Of a stretch of DNA of 64,000 bases, positions 51,471 to 64,000 are shown piece by piece; position 1 is the first letter of the stretch, and every line of letters starts with the position of its first letter. Position numbers and translations under genes: made by a program. Source of the stretch: Cetorhinus maximus (taxonomy: Eukaryota). Below the pieces are notes generated by a model that worked only from the letters and a program-made list of their open reading frames with translations, was not told where the DNA came from and ran no database searches. The stretch spans positions 30,008,001 to 30,072,000 of the forward strand of contig NC_135901.1 in the NCBI RefSeq assembly GCF_964194155.1, read 5' to 3'.

Positions 51471-52252
51471 AGGACTATGGAGGCCGCAGGTTAAATATAT
51501 TCAAGACAGAGATTGATAGGTTTTAGATATTGAAGATATTCAGGGTTTTGGGGGATAGTTCAGGAAAATGGCACTGAGGCAGATCAGCCATAATCTCATT
51601 CAATGGTGGAGCAGGGTCAATGGGCTGAATTGCCTACTCCTGCTCATATTTCTTATGATCTCTGTGTCCTGGACAGGGAGTGGTGAGCGTGGATCTGTCG
51701 ATCAGCATGAACCTTCAGGAGAATTGGGAGGGTGCATATTAGGTACAGCAGAGTGCGAATGGAGAGAGAGAGTGTGTGATGGAGATTCACAGCTTTAGTG
51801 GAATGAGAGAGGAAAGAATGTTCCATAGAAACTAGAATTGTCTGTTCTGAATTTCTATCCTGTGCTGACAGTGATGTCTGTTGTGAATTCCTTTTACAGG
51901 ATACTAGAAGGGGAGGATTTGCTGACAGAAGGCTGAAATCAAAGGTTAAGATCTCACAGAGTCACTCGATTTATCGGAACCTGAATATGATCAGCTTTTG
52001 TATCAAGATGGAGAAATGTGTTCTGTGTTCTGTCTGCTTCAAAATGTTCTAAACATCAGGGGGACTTGAAAAGGCCCAAGACCCCCACACCCGAGTGAGA
52101 GCATTCCAGTGCACTGAGTGTGGAAAGACCTTTAACCAGTTACACAGCCTGAAAAAAAAATCACATCATTCACAGTGAGAAGAGACATTTTACATGTTCC
52201 ATGTGAGGACGAGGCTTCAACTGACCTGGAGAGAGACACAGACACGCACACC

Positions 52253-53092
52253 ATGGAGAAACCGTGGAAATGTGGGGACTGTGGGAAGGGATTCAAAACC
52301 CCATCGAAGCTGGAGACTCATCGACGCAGTCACACCGGAGAGAGACCGTTCACCTGCTTTGAGTGTGGGAAGGGATTCGCTCAGTTACACCACCTGCAGT
52401 CACACCACCAGGTTCACACTGGGGAGAGGCCATTCACCTGCTCCGTGTGTGGGAAGGGATTCGCTCGGTTATACAACCTGCAGACACACCAGCGAGTTCA
52501 CACTGGGGAGAAGCCGTTCACCTGCTCTCACTGTGGGAAGGGTTTCACTCAGTCATCCAATCTGCAGACACACCAGCGAGTTCACACCAAGGAGAGACTG
52601 TTCACCTGCTCTGTGTGTGGGAAGGGATTTACTCAGTTACCCAACCTACTTATTCACCAACAAGTTCACACTGGGGACAGACCATTTACTTGCTCTGATT
52701 GTGGGAGGGGATTCACTCGGTTATCCAACCTGCTGACACATCAGCGGGTTCACACTGAGAGGCTGTTCCCCTGCTCTGAGTGTGGGAAAGGATTCACTGA
52801 GTTCTACAGACTGCAGGCACACCAGCGAGTTCACACTGGGGAGAGGCCATTCACCTGCTCTCAATGTGGAAAGGGATTCGCTCGGTTACACCACCTGCAG
52901 TCACACCAGCAGGTTCACACTGGGGAGAGGCCATTCACCTGCTCCGTGTGTGGGAAGGGATTCGCTCGTTTATACAACCTGCAGACACACCAGCGAGTTC
53001 ACACCGGGGAGAAGCCGTTCACCTGCTCTCAGTGTGGGAAGGGTTTCACTCAGTCGTCCCACCTGCAGACACACCAGCGAGTTCACAAGTGA
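52253..53092 (+). CDS. Tandem C2H2 zinc-finger protein (Z12), 279 aa, 10 intact fingers, no effector domain
   Basis: cacaccATGG [27 protein letters not shown] ... HQRVHK*; acceptor ttttacag at ~51899; family 3' UTR at 53093-53250. Confidence 0.9.
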   Translation: MEKPWKCGDCGKGFKTPSKLETHRRSHTGERPFTCFECGKGFAQLHHLQSHHQVHTGERPFTCSVCGKGFARLYNLQTHQRVHTGEKPFTCSHCGKGFTQSSNLQTHQRVHTKERLFTCSVCGKGFTQLPNLLIHQQVHTGDRPFTCSDCGRGFTRLSNLLTHQRVHTERLFPCSECGKGFTEFYRLQAHQRVHTGERPFTCSQCGKGFARLHHLQSHQQVHTGERPFTCSVCGKGFARLYNLQTHQRVHTGEKPFTCSQCGKGFTQSSHLQTHQRVHK

Positions 53093-53499
53093 TTGCAGGG
53101 TTTGGATTCTGCTGTTTTTGCTGCTGTTAATCACATCCAGGAATGAACCATGTTCATTCTGACAGTTGGTGAAGTGGGAGGGTCAGAGGGTTTCTTTCTG
53201 CTGGACTGACCAGTCCCATGACTTTGTCCCCAGTGGGTGATGCTCTTTGAGCCATGTTGCGAATATCTTGTTTCATATTTCACAAGGATCACAGAATGAA
53301 AGGGTGTTTGGAATGTAAAAGATATTTAGTTTGCATTTCTGTTTGGAACCCCCCAAATCATGCCATGTTGCCATGGAGATAGGCTGTGCTGGTTAGATGG
53401 TTCTTTTGTATCATTTATCTGGGTGTTTCTCACAGAAGAAAACTCACAGTTTAAGGGTCAAGTTGGCTGTGGTAGATTGGGAAACTACATGAAAATTTA

Positions 53500-54225
53500 T
53501 GACGGTAGACAGGCAATAGCTAACATTGAAGGAATTATTACATAGTTACAACAAATATAGATTCCTTTAAGGAATAAAAATCCAACAGGAGAAGTGATGT
53601 AACCCTGGCCAACAGAAAAGATAAAGATTGCATTAGATCAAAGGAAGAGGCTCATAAAGTGGCCAAAAAAAGTAGTAAGCCTGAGGATTGGAGCTTTTCT
53701 AGAATTCAGGAAAGGAGGCCCAAAAAACTGATAAAGAAAGAGAAAACCGAACATCAGAGCAAACTGGCGAGAAACATAAAAAGCAACTGTAAAAGCTTCT
53801 ATAGGTATGTGAAAAGGAAAAGATTAGCAAAGAGAAATGTGGGTCCATTCCAGGCAGAGAGGGGAGAATTTATAATGGGAAATTCAGAAATTGTCCCCAA
53901 AATACTAGAGAACCAAGGGACTAGTGAGCATGAGGAACTGATAGAGATTAGTATTGGTAAAATGAATGGGGTTGAAAGTTGATAAATCCCCTGGACCTGG
54001 TGATCTACATCCCAGAGTGTTGAAGGAGGTGCTGTCGAGATAGTGGATGCATTGGTGATCATCTACCAAAATTCTATAGATTCTGAAATGGTTCCTGCAA
54101 ATTGGAAGGTGGCAAATGTCACCCACTATTTAAGGAGGGAGAGAGAAAATGGGGAACTACAGACTTATTAGCATGACATCAGTAGTAGGGAAAATGCTCG
54201 AATCCATTTTAAAGGATGTGATAAC
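53500..54225 (+). mobile_element. CR1 ORF2 internal fragment
   Basis: KLARNIKSNCKSFYRYVKRKR, KSPGPGDLHPRVLKE. Confidence 0.85.
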
Positions 54226-54234
54226 ATACACACA

Positions 54235-56905
54235 TATGAATTAGGAGCAGGAGTAGGCCACTTGGCCCCTCGAGCCTGTTCCATCATTCAATAAGTTCAT
54301 GGCTAATCTTATTGTAACCTCAACCCCACATTCCTGCCTACCCCGATAACCTTTAACTTCTTGCTTATCAAGAACCTATCTAGCTCTGCCTTAAAAATAT
54401 TCAAAGACTCTGCTTCCCCCGCCCTTTGAGGAAGAGAGTTCCAAAGACTCACTACCTTCTGAGAAAAAAATGTTCTCCTCTGTCTTAACGAGGCGACCCA
54501 TTACTTTTAAATCGTGACCCCAATTTCCAGATTCTCCCACAAGAGGAAACATCCTTTCCACATCCACCCTGTCGAGGCCCCTCAGGATCTTATATGTTTC
54601 AATCAAGTTGCCTCTTACTCTTCTAAACTCCAGCGGATACAAGCCCTGCCTGTCCAACCTTTCCTCGTAAGATAACCCGCCCATTCCAGGTATTAGTCTA
54701 GTAAACCTTCTCTGAACTGTTTCCAATACATTTATGACCTTCCTTAAATAAGGAAACCAATACTGTACACAGTACTCCAGGTGTGGTCTCACCATTGCCC
54801 TGTATAACTGAAGCATAATCTCCCTACTTCTAACAATAACATTCTGTTAGCTTTCCTAATTACTTGGTGTACCTGAATAATTAGCTTTTGCTATTCATGC
54901 ATAAGGACACCCAGATCCCTCTGAATCTGCTAACTCTCACCATTTCAATAATATGCTTCGTTTGTATTCTTCCTGCCAAAATGAACAATTTCACATTTTG
55001 CCACATTACACTCCATTTGCCAGATCCTTGCTCACTTGCTTAACATGTCTATATCCTTTTGTAGTCTCATGTCCTCTTCACAACTTACTTTCCTACTTAT
55101 CTTTGTGCCATCAGCAAATTTAGGCACGATCCATTCGATCCCTTCATCCAAGTCATTTATATAAATTGTAAAAAGTTGAGGCCCCAGCACTGATCGCTGT
55201 GACACACCACTTGTTACATCTTGACAACCAGAAAATGACCCATTTATGCCTACTCTATTTCCTGTTAGCTAGCCAATCTTCTCTCCATGCCAATATGTTA
55301 CCTCCCACAGAATGAGCCTTTATTTTCCACAATAACCTTTGATGTGGCACCTCATCAAATTCTTTCTGGAAATCTAAGTTAGTGTTCCACCGGTTCCCTT
55401 TATCTACACTGCATGTTACTTCTTCAAAGAACTCCAATAAGTTGGTTAAACATGATTTCCCTTTCACAAAACCATGTCGACTCTGCCTGATTACCCTGAA
55501 TTTATCAAAGTGTCCTGTTATAACATCTTTAATAATAGCTTCTCACATTTTCCCTCTGACAGATGTTAAGCTAACTGGCCTACTTTCTGTCTCCCTTTTG
55601 GAATGAAGGAGTTATACTCATTATTTTCCAATCGAATGGAACCTTCCTGAATCTAGGAAGTTTTGGGAAATTTCAACCCATTCACCAGCTATCTCACTAG
55701 CCACTTTTTTTAAGACCCTAGGTTGATGTCCATCAGGACCTGGGTTCTTGTCAGCCTAAAGCACCAACAATTTGCCTAGTACCACTTCTGTAGTGATTGT
55801 AATTTTCTTGAGTTCCTCGCTCCCTTCCATTTCCTGTTTTACAGCTATTTCTGGGATGTTACTTGTAACCACTATAGTGACAACCGATGCAAAATACCTG
55901 TTCAATTCATCTGCCATCTCCTTATTTTCCATTATTAATTCCCCAGACTCACTTCCAAAAGACCAACACTCGCTTTGTTAACTCTTTTCTCTCTTAAACA
56001 TCTATAGAAGCTTTGTTTTTCTATTTCCAGCTAGCTTTCTCTCATACTCTAATTTTTCCCAGGTTCTTAATATTTTAGTCATTCTTTGCTGCTTTTTATA
56101 TTCTGTCTAATCTTCTGACCTGCCAGCCATCCTTGTGCAATGATATGCCTATCTTTAACTTTTATAGTTAACCACAGATGGTGGGTACTCTCCTTTGATA
56201 TTTTCTTTCTTGTTGGAATGTATCTATTCTGTATATTCTGAAATTTCCCCTTAAATGTCTGCCATTGCATTTTTATTGACCAATCCCATAACCTAAGTCG
56301 TCGTTCACTTTAGCTAGCTCTGCTTTCATGCCCTCATAATTGTCCTTCTTTAAGTTTATTGCTAGTCTTGGACCCGCTCTTCTCTCCCTCCAACTGAATG
56401 TAAAATTCAATCATATTGTGATCACTGCTACCTAGGGGCATCGTCACTATGAGGTCATTAATTAATCTTATCTTGGTGCACAATACCAGGTCGAGGAGAG
56501 CCTGCTCTCTGGCTCCAGAACGTGCTGTTCTAGGAAACTATCACAAAAATATTCGATGAACTCTCCATCTAGGCTACTGTCACGCATCTGAATTTTTCTG
56601 TGTATATGTAGATTAAAATTCCACTTAATAATTGCCGTACCTTTCTGAAAAGCTCCCATTATGTTTTCCTTTATACCCTGTCCTACAATGCGGTTACTGT
56701 TAGGGGGCCTGTACACCACTCCTACAAGTGACTTTGTGCCTTTATCATTTCTCGTCTCTACCCAAACTGCTTCTACATCCTATTTTCCTGAACTTAGGCC
56801 ATCCCTCTCTATTGTGCTAATACCATCATTAATTAACAGTGCCACCCCTTGACCTCTTCCTAGCTTCCTGTCCTTCCTAAATGTCATGCATCCTTCAATA
56901 TTCAG
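54235..56905 (-). mobile_element. CR1 LINE ORF2, degenerate
   Basis: VYRPPNS, KGKSCLTNLLEFFEEV, VRPHLEYCVQYW and a CR1 3' UTR. Confidence 0.92.
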
Positions 56906-57311
56906 TTAGTCTGTTCGTCTCCAAAGTCCCAGGAAGGTGTTGAAAATGTCAGACTATGTTCAAGGCTGGGCTTGAATTTTCTCTTTAATTTCAAGATAGA
57001 ATGACATTGGGAGTCTAAAAGGTAACTAATCAGCATGCCTACCTGGATACTAGGCTCATGTGATTCACTTTGCCCTTAGGAAGGGCTTTATTAGAGGAAG
57101 GATCCATGGGAAGCCATTGTAGGATCAGATTGGAAAGTTCTTCTAAAAGGCATCCCTGAATTTCACAGACAGATCAGTCTGCCAGGGTCCGAGAGAGCTG
57201 ATAGAGGCGGCAAGTCCCTGTTTCACCACGCGGGAATGTGGATGGGACATTGTGCTCACGTTGAAAAAAACAATTTCATGAGGATTTAAAACAAGACTGG
57301 AAGATTTGCCT

Positions 57312-57502
57312 AAACAAAAACAGAAACAGAAATACCTGGAAAAACTCAGCAGAACTGTTCTGTTGAAGGGACAAGAGGACTCGAAACGTCAACTGTACTC
57401 TTCTCCGCCGATGCTGCCAGACCTGCTGAGTTTTTCCAGGTATTTCTGTTTCTGTTTTTGTTTTGGATTTCCAGCATCCACAGTTTTTTGTTTTTATCTC
57501 TG
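57312..57502 (+). mobile_element. 191-bp Penelope-like mini-insertion with a perfect 41-bp inverted repeat
   Basis: 57312-57352 is the reverse complement of 57423-57463; 14-bp TSD tggaagatttgcct at 57298-57311 and 57503-57516. Confidence 0.85.
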
Positions 57503-57959
57503 TGGAAGATTTGCCTTGCTTGAGTTAGAGGGATGACCCAGGAGAACCTTCACTGTGAAAGACAGTTCTGAGGTTAAAGGTTGCCAGACAAGGAAAGGAA
57601 AAGAATGGAAGTAAACCCTTTGGAGCGAAGAATCACTTTGGACAGGTTCAAGGATAATTGGGTATCTATTTCAGGAACACACAGTATAACTGTGCAGTGG
57701 GATTTTTGATTATGTTCCAAGTAAAATGGCAAATTTCTGTTTGATAATTTAAGGTATATGTTGCCAACAAAAATGGTGTTTAGTCAAAGTTGCTTCTAGA
57801 TTGTTTGTTGCAGTAAAAGTTACAAAACTTGAAGTCTTTTCATGTGACCCTTTAACTTGTTCATTGGGAATTTGAATTTCTTTTTAGAAGTTGCCAGTCT
57901 TTACAGAGATCCTAACATTTAGTTTAGAGCCAAATGTTTCATCTTCCCATTTGATCCAC

Positions 57960-58515
57960 CAGCACCTTTCTGTCTCTCGACTGCTCATGTCAATGACAGC
58001 CAGGCGACGGAACTGAGGGCTGAATTTAGCTAAGAGTAACGGAGCCTGTGCCCCAGTTGGGGAACTCCCTTGGGCATCGCACTAATAAAGAGACAGGAAG
58101 GTGATGGAGGTCTGACTGGGAAATGGGCCTCCAACCAACCAGGGCACGGGAGGGGGTGACCGGGGCTGATGGTGACACGACCCCCAGGGTTCAGTGCCTC
58201 TGTGTCCAAAGCGGGTAGCCACGGGAACAGGGTACAGAGGAGCTGAAGAGAAACCATTTGGGTCAAGAACATTGTGTGCATCCTTTTACTCTAGTTGTCT
58301 TTGATTCTCAAGTAATTTTCTGTTTGTCTTTTAACCATGTTCTGTTTCATTACTAAACTTTTATCAATAAAATATTTGATTTACTGATTATATTTATTCA
58401 CTTCAGGCAAAGTGGATGAGAGGGGTTGGCAGGCGCTTTAACAGAAAGTGAGTCCCTCTGAGGTAATTGACAAAGGAGCCAGAGGGGGAAATGAGATTTT
58501 ATTTTTCTGTTGACA
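57960..58515 (+). repeat. Locally duplicated segment of unknown origin (third copy)
   Basis: Matches 37910-38460 reversed and 11765-12050. Confidence 0.8.
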
Positions 58516-58529
58516 CACAATGTTAGAAA

Positions 58530-59155
58530 ATGGGGTTCAGGGAGTCCATCGTGATTTACTAATTTATCAAAGTTCTTTGAGGAAGTAATGAGAAATATGG
58601 ATAAAGGGGAACCTGCAGAAGTTGTTTACTTAGATTTCCAGAAGGCCTTTCATAAGGTGCCACAGAAAAGGTCACTACCCAAAATAAGAGCTCATGGTAG
58701 AGGGGGTCACAAATTAGCACGGATAGAGGATTGGTTAGTTAACAGGACACAGAGAGTAGGCATAAATAGGTCATTTTCGGGTTGGTAAGATGTAACAAGT
58801 GGAGTGCCACAGGAGATCAATGCTGGGTCCTCAGCCATTAATATTTCTATAAATGACTTGGTTGATGGGACTGAATGTATGGTAGCTAAATTTGCTAGTG
58901 ACACAGATATGTAGGAAAATAATTTGTAAAGAATGAGTGGGCAAAAATTCAGCCAATGGAGTATAATGTAGGAAAATGTGAACTTGTCCACGTTGGGAGG
59001 AAGAATTTTAAAAAGCATATTATTTAAATGGAGAGAGATTGCAGAACTGTGAGGTACAGAGGGATCTGGGTGACCTGGTACATGAACCACAAAACGTTAC
59101 TATTCAGGTACAAGTGATTAGGAAAGCAAATGGAATGTTGATATTTATTGCATTC
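58530..59155 (+). mobile_element. CR1 RT fragment truncating promoter P6
   Basis: VVYLDFQKAFHKVPQKR, GVPQ. Confidence 0.85.
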
Positions 59156-59167
59156 ATTCCGCCTCCG

Positions 59168-59370
59168 AGCGGCGGATAGAGCAGTTTCCCCAGCGCGGGG
59201 GATTGTGGGAGCTGCAGCCGCCATTACCCATCCGGAGCCCAGTCTCCAAACTCCTGGGACTGGGATGGAAAGTGGCGGTGGGGGGGGGGGTGCGCAGTAA
59301 CCCTGCCCTGACACCAAGTACATGTAGGTAGTCACTTGATTCGATTGTGACACCCCCTTAGCAAAACAGG
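59168..59370 (+). promoter_or_regulatory. Isolated Z promoter arm (P6)
   Basis: Close match to 2153-2355; reverse ZNF143 consensus CGCGGGGGATTGTGGGAG and YY1-like GCCGCCATT. Confidence 0.65.
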
Positions 59371-59919
59371 GGTTTCGAGTGTAAACACTTAGACTGAAAC
59401 AGAAACATTAAGTGCTGGAGACACTCAACAGGTCTGGAATCACATGTGAAGAGAGAAACGGAGTTAATGTTTCGAGTAGAATATGACTCTCTTTCTGTCA
59501 AGGTGTAGACAGCTGGGTGATATATTGGGGAGGGCAATGGGTACCAGGGGAGGTCTTGTGGAGCAGTGGGTAGTGTCCCTGCCTCTGAGCCTGAAGTTCC
59601 CGGTTCAAGTCCCAGTCCAGGACTTGATGGACAAGGAAAGTTTCTTCACGATGCAGACAAATAGGCTGAGCATCAACTTGTAAAACCTTCCAACACACAC
59701 CAATGGCAGGTGGTAAGAGCAGGAGAGATTTCTGCTCAGCCACATGCTGGGAAGAAATTGGAGCTGTGAACAAAGCTATCCGTAGTGTTTCACCGTGTAT
59801 GTTGCCGTAGCAACTCATATCCCTTGTGGGGGATGGGGTCTGGTTGGCTCAGTCGCCTGGATGGTGGGTGCGGATCAGATTGGTGCCAAGGCTGGGTGGA
59901 TTCTGGATCTGCCTCCTTG

Positions 59920-60180
59920 TCCTACCCATGGTGCAGGTCATGATAATGTGGGTCAGATTGAAGGAGAAGGAAAGGGATTCACTTCCTCATCCAGCTCGAT
60001 TAAATATGTGTGTGCTCACACCGGGGAGAGGCCATTCACCTGCTCCATATGTGGGAATGGAGTCACTCAGTTGCCCAGCAGTGGGTTCAAACTGGCGAGA
60101 GGCTGATTAAATGTTCTGAGTGTGGAACGGATTCACTCGCTCATTCCAGCTCCTGACACACCAGTGAGTCCATTGTTCAC
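59920..60180 (+). pseudogene. Decayed ZNF remnant (Z13) followed by the family 3' UTR and AATAAA
   Basis: [16 protein letters not shown]; GGATTCTCCTGTTATTGCTGCTGCTAATCAC at ~60190; AATAAA at ~60313. Confidence 0.75.
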
Positions 60181-60569
60181 TCCAGGGGCTGGATTCTCCT
60201 GTTATTGCTGCTGCTAATCACAACCATGTTCATTCTGACAGTTGAGGTTTGTTTCTGTTGATTTTAATAACCCCTGTAACTGGGCTGGAGATTAATATTC
60301 TGGGAAATGTCAAATAAATCAGCTTTGTTTTGGGGACACAGTTTATTGAGACCTTGATGTGAGAGAAGAAAAGGTAGGTTTTAAGCAGAGTCTAAAAGGA
60401 GGAGAGAGAAGTGGAGGGGTTAAGGGAGGGAATTCCAGAGTTTAGGAACCTGGCAGTTGAAGACTGAAAGAGTGCCAGCCCTGGATTATGGGGGACTTGA
60501 GTCTCTGGAGTGGGGACTTGAAACCATAACCTTCAGACTCAGAGGCGAGAGTATGAAACTGACTGAGCT

Positions 60570-63545
60570 CATCCCTTTAAATAATATTTCCCAATCCATC
60601 ATAGCCAACTCGCGCCTCATACCATCACAGTTTCCTTTATTAAGATTCAGGACCCAAGTCTCAGAATCAACTACGTCACTCTCCATCTTGATGAAGAATT
60701 CTATCATATTATGGTCGCTCATCCCCAAGGAGCCTCGCACACCTAGATTGCCAATTATTCCTTTCTCAATACAAAATACCCAGTCTAGGATGGCCTGTTC
60801 TCCAGGTGGTTTCTCAACATATTGGCCCAGAAAACCATCCCATATACACTCCAGGAATTCTTCCTCTACGGTATTGTTACTAAATTGATTTGCCCAATCT
60901 ATATGCAGATTAAAGCCACCCATAGTTATAGATGTTCCTTTATTGCATGCGTCTCTAATTTCCTGTTTAATGCCATTCCCAACATCACCACTATAGTTTG
61001 GGGGTTTATATACAACCCCCACTAACGTTTTTTGCCCCTTAGTGTTTCTCAGCTCTACGCAAACAGATTCTACATCATCGGAGCTAATATCTTTCCTCAC
61101 TATTCAATAATTTCCTCTTTAACCGGCAATGCAACTCCACTGCCTTTTCTTTTTTGCCTGCCCTTCCTAAATACTGAATACCGCTGGATGTTCAGTTCCC
61201 ATCCTTGGTCACCCTGCAGCCATGTCTCCGTAATCCCAACTATATCATACCTGTTCTGTTTGCATATTTAATTCATCCACTTTATTGCAAATGCTCCTTG
61301 CGTTAAGGCACAAAGCCTTAAGGCTTGTCTTTTTAACATTACTTGTCCCATTCCCACTATTTTTCACTGAGGCCCTATTTGATTCTTGCCTTTGATTTCT
61401 CTGCCTATCACTTTTCTAATTCCCATCTCTGTCTTTTGTTCATGTCCTTGATTTCCCTTCCTCTGACCTCTTGCATAGGTTCCCACCCCCCTGCCATTTT
61501 AGCTTAAACCCTCCCCAGCCACTCTGGCAAATGCTCCCCTTAGGACATCAGTCCCGGTCCTGTGTAACCCGGCCGGTTTGTACTGGTCCCAAATTGCCTA
61601 GAACTGGTCTCAAAGTCCCAGGAATCTGAAATCCTCCCCTTCGCACCATCTCTTCAGTCATGTATTCATCCGATATATGCTGCTATTTCTATTCTGACGA
61701 GCACGTGGCACTGATAGTAATCCTGAGATCACTACCTTTGAGGTCCTACTTTTCAACTTATTTCCTAACTCCCTCTATTCTGCTTTTAGGACCTCATCCC
61801 TTTTTTTACATAGAAACTAGGAACAGGAGCAGGCCATTCCACCCATCGAGCCAGTTCCACCATTCATTATGATCATAGCTGATCATTCAACTCAATAGCC
61901 TGCTCCCACTTTCTCCCCATATCCTTTGATCCCTTTCGCCCCAAGAGCTACATCTAACTCCTTCTTGAAAGCATACAATGTTTTGGTCTCAACTACTTTC
62001 TGTGGTAACGAATTCCACAGGCTCACCACTCTCTGGGTGAAGAAATTTCTCCTCATCTCAGTCCGAAACCCCATATCGTCAGACTGTGACCCCTGGTTCT
62101 GGACTCCCCCACCATCAGGAACATCCTTCCTGCATCTACCCTGTCTAGTCCTGTTAGAATTTTATAGGTTTCTATGAGAGACCCCCTCATTCTTCTGAAC
62201 TCCAGTGAATATAATCCTAATCGACTCAATCTCTCCTCATATGTCAGTCCTGCCATCCCAGGAATCAGTCGGGTAAACCTGTGCTGCACTCCCTCTATAG
62301 CAAGAACATCCTTCCTCAGATAAGGCGACCAAAACTTCACACAATATTCCAGGTGTGGTCTCACCAAGGCCCTTTATAATTGCAGCAAGACATCCCTGTT
62401 CCTGTACTCGAATCCTCTGACTATGAAAGCCAACATACCATTTGCCTTCTTTACCGCCTACTGCACCTGCATGCTTACCTTCAGTGACTGGTGTACAAGG
62501 ACACCCAAGTCTCTTTGCACATTTCCCTCTCTCAATTTATAGCCATTCAGATAATAATCTGCCTTCCTGTTTTTGCTACCAAAATGGATAACCTCACATT
62601 TATCCACATTATACTGCATCTGCCATGCATTTGCCCACTCACTCAGCTTGTCCAAATCACACTGAAGCATCTCTACATCCTCCTCACAGCTCACCCTCCC
62701 ACCCAGCATTGTGTCATCTGCAAATTTGCAGACATTACTTTTAATTCGCTCATCTAAATCATTAATATATATTGTGAATAACTGGGGTCCCAGCACCAAT
62801 CCCTGCAGTACCCCATTAGTCACTGCCTGCCATTCGGAAAAAGACCCATTTATTCCTATTCTTTGTTTCCTGTCTGCCAACCAGTTTTCTATCCATCCCA
62901 ATACATGACCCCCAATCCCATGCATTTTACACGCCAATCTCTTATGTGGGACTTTGTCGAAAGCCTTCTGAAAGTCCAAATAAACCACATCCACTGGCTC
63001 CCCCTCAACTCTACTGGTTATATCCTCGAAAAATTCCAGTAGATTTGTCAAGCATGATGTCCCTTTCGTAAATCCGTGCTGACTCTGTCCGATTCTGCCA
63101 CTGTTTTCCACGTGCGCAGCTATTATATCTTTTATAATGGACTCTAAAATTTTACCTATGTAATTTGTAGCAATGTGTACCATGACCACTGGCTGTTCAC
63201 CCTCCCCCTTCAGAATGTCCTGTAGCTGCTCTGAGACATCCTTGACCCTTGCACCAGGGAGGCAACATATCATCCTGGAGTCTCATTTGCAGCCACAGAA
63301 ACGCCTATCTATTCCCCTTACAATTGAATCCCCTATAACTATTGCATTCCCACACTTTTTACTCCTCCCCTGTGCAGCAGAGCCAACCGTGGTGTAACGA
63401 ATTTGCCTGTTGCTGCTTACCCCTGAGAGGCCATTCCCCTTTCTATACCTTCTATCCATGATACTCCCCACCTCGCGGATGCTCCAGTGTTCCCAGCCGC
63501 CGCTTCAACTCCAAAACTCGGGCTTCCAGGATCTGCAGCTGGTGA
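60570..63545 (-). mobile_element. CR1 LINE with ORF1 (SGNH esterase-like) and APE region, interrupted by a second CR1 at ~61810-63150
   Basis: AIVIGDSIVRGIDRRFCG, CCLPGARVKDV..VHIATNYIGK|KRDEVL across the insertion; VVYKPPN, GMSDHNMIEF. Confidence 0.9.
61810..63150 (-). mobile_element. 5'-truncated CR1 nested in the ORF1 of another CR1
   Basis: KILESIIKD..DFQKAFDKVPH..FADDT..RNFFTQRVVSLWNSLP and a 3' tail; short ttttac repeat at both junctions. Confidence 0.9.
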
Positions 63546-63547
63546 CT

Positions 63548-64000
63548 CTTCAACTCCCGGCTCCTCTCGCGCTTCCCTCAACTCCCGACTCCTCTCGCGC
63601 TTCCCTTCATCTCCCGGCTCCTCTCGCGCTTCCCTTCAACTCCCGGCTCCTCTCGCGCTTCCCTTCAACTACCGGTTCCTCTCGCACTTCTCTTCAACTG
63701 CCGGCTCCTCCCGCGCTTCCCTTCAACTCCCGGCTCCTCTCGCGCTTCTCTTCAACTACCGGCTCCTCTCGCGCTTCCCTTCAACTACCGGCTCCTCTCG
63801 CACTTCTCTTCAACTGCCGGCTCCTCCCGCGCTTCTCTTCAACTGCCGGCTCCTCCCGCGCTTCTCTTCAACTGCCGGCTCCTCCCGCGCTTCCCTTCAG
63901 CTCCCGGCGCCTCTCCCACTTCCCTTCAACTGCCGGCTCCTCTCGCGCTTCTCTTCAACTGCCGGCTCCTCTCGCGCTTCTCTTCAACTGCCGGCTCCTC
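63548..64000 (+). repeat. 29-bp CpG-containing, pyrimidine-rich minisatellite, over 15 copies, running off the window end
   Basis: Unit CTTCAACT(C/A/G)CCGGCTCCTC(T/C)CGCGCTTC(C/T). Confidence 0.95.

Noticed and set aside
56905-57917. Possible LTR-like element ending CCTAACA
   Set aside because: No 5' boundary, second LTR, PBS or TSD could be identified
62458-63273. 271-aa ORF fusing an SGNH esterase-like segment to reverse transcriptase
   Set aside because: Chance in-frame junction from one CR1 inserted in the ORF1 of another; ORF1 resumes at ~61805

Overview
Eukaryotic, vertebrate-type DNA. It is most likely shark or ray, inferred from the CR1, Deu-type SINE and Penelope repeat mix and the '[10 protein letters not shown]' zinc-finger family. 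The window is a birth-and-death cluster of about 13 tandem C2H2 zinc-finger gene copies with no KRAB or other effector domain visible. Two ORFs are intact (40216-41223 minus, 52253-53092 plus), one is nearly intact (43570-44568), and the rest are pseudogenes or fragments. Most copies are arranged head-to-head around CpG-rich bidirectional promoters. These promoters are assembled from three interchangeable arms (X: CRE/CCAAT; Y: NRF1/CCAAT/ETS hairpin; Z: Sp1/ZNF143/YY1), seen in all three pairwise combinations. The main-family genes start at a Kozak ATG that replaces the Gly of a TGEKP linker, and about three upstream fossil fingers with shared stop codons appear to form the 5' UTR. Between the genes lie nested CR1 LINEs, Penelope-like elements with target-site duplications and minimal hammerhead-like motifs, a Tx1/L1 fragment, L2, SINEs, an interstitial telomere-like array and minisatellites. 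Coordinates were read by eye and repeat boundaries are approximate.
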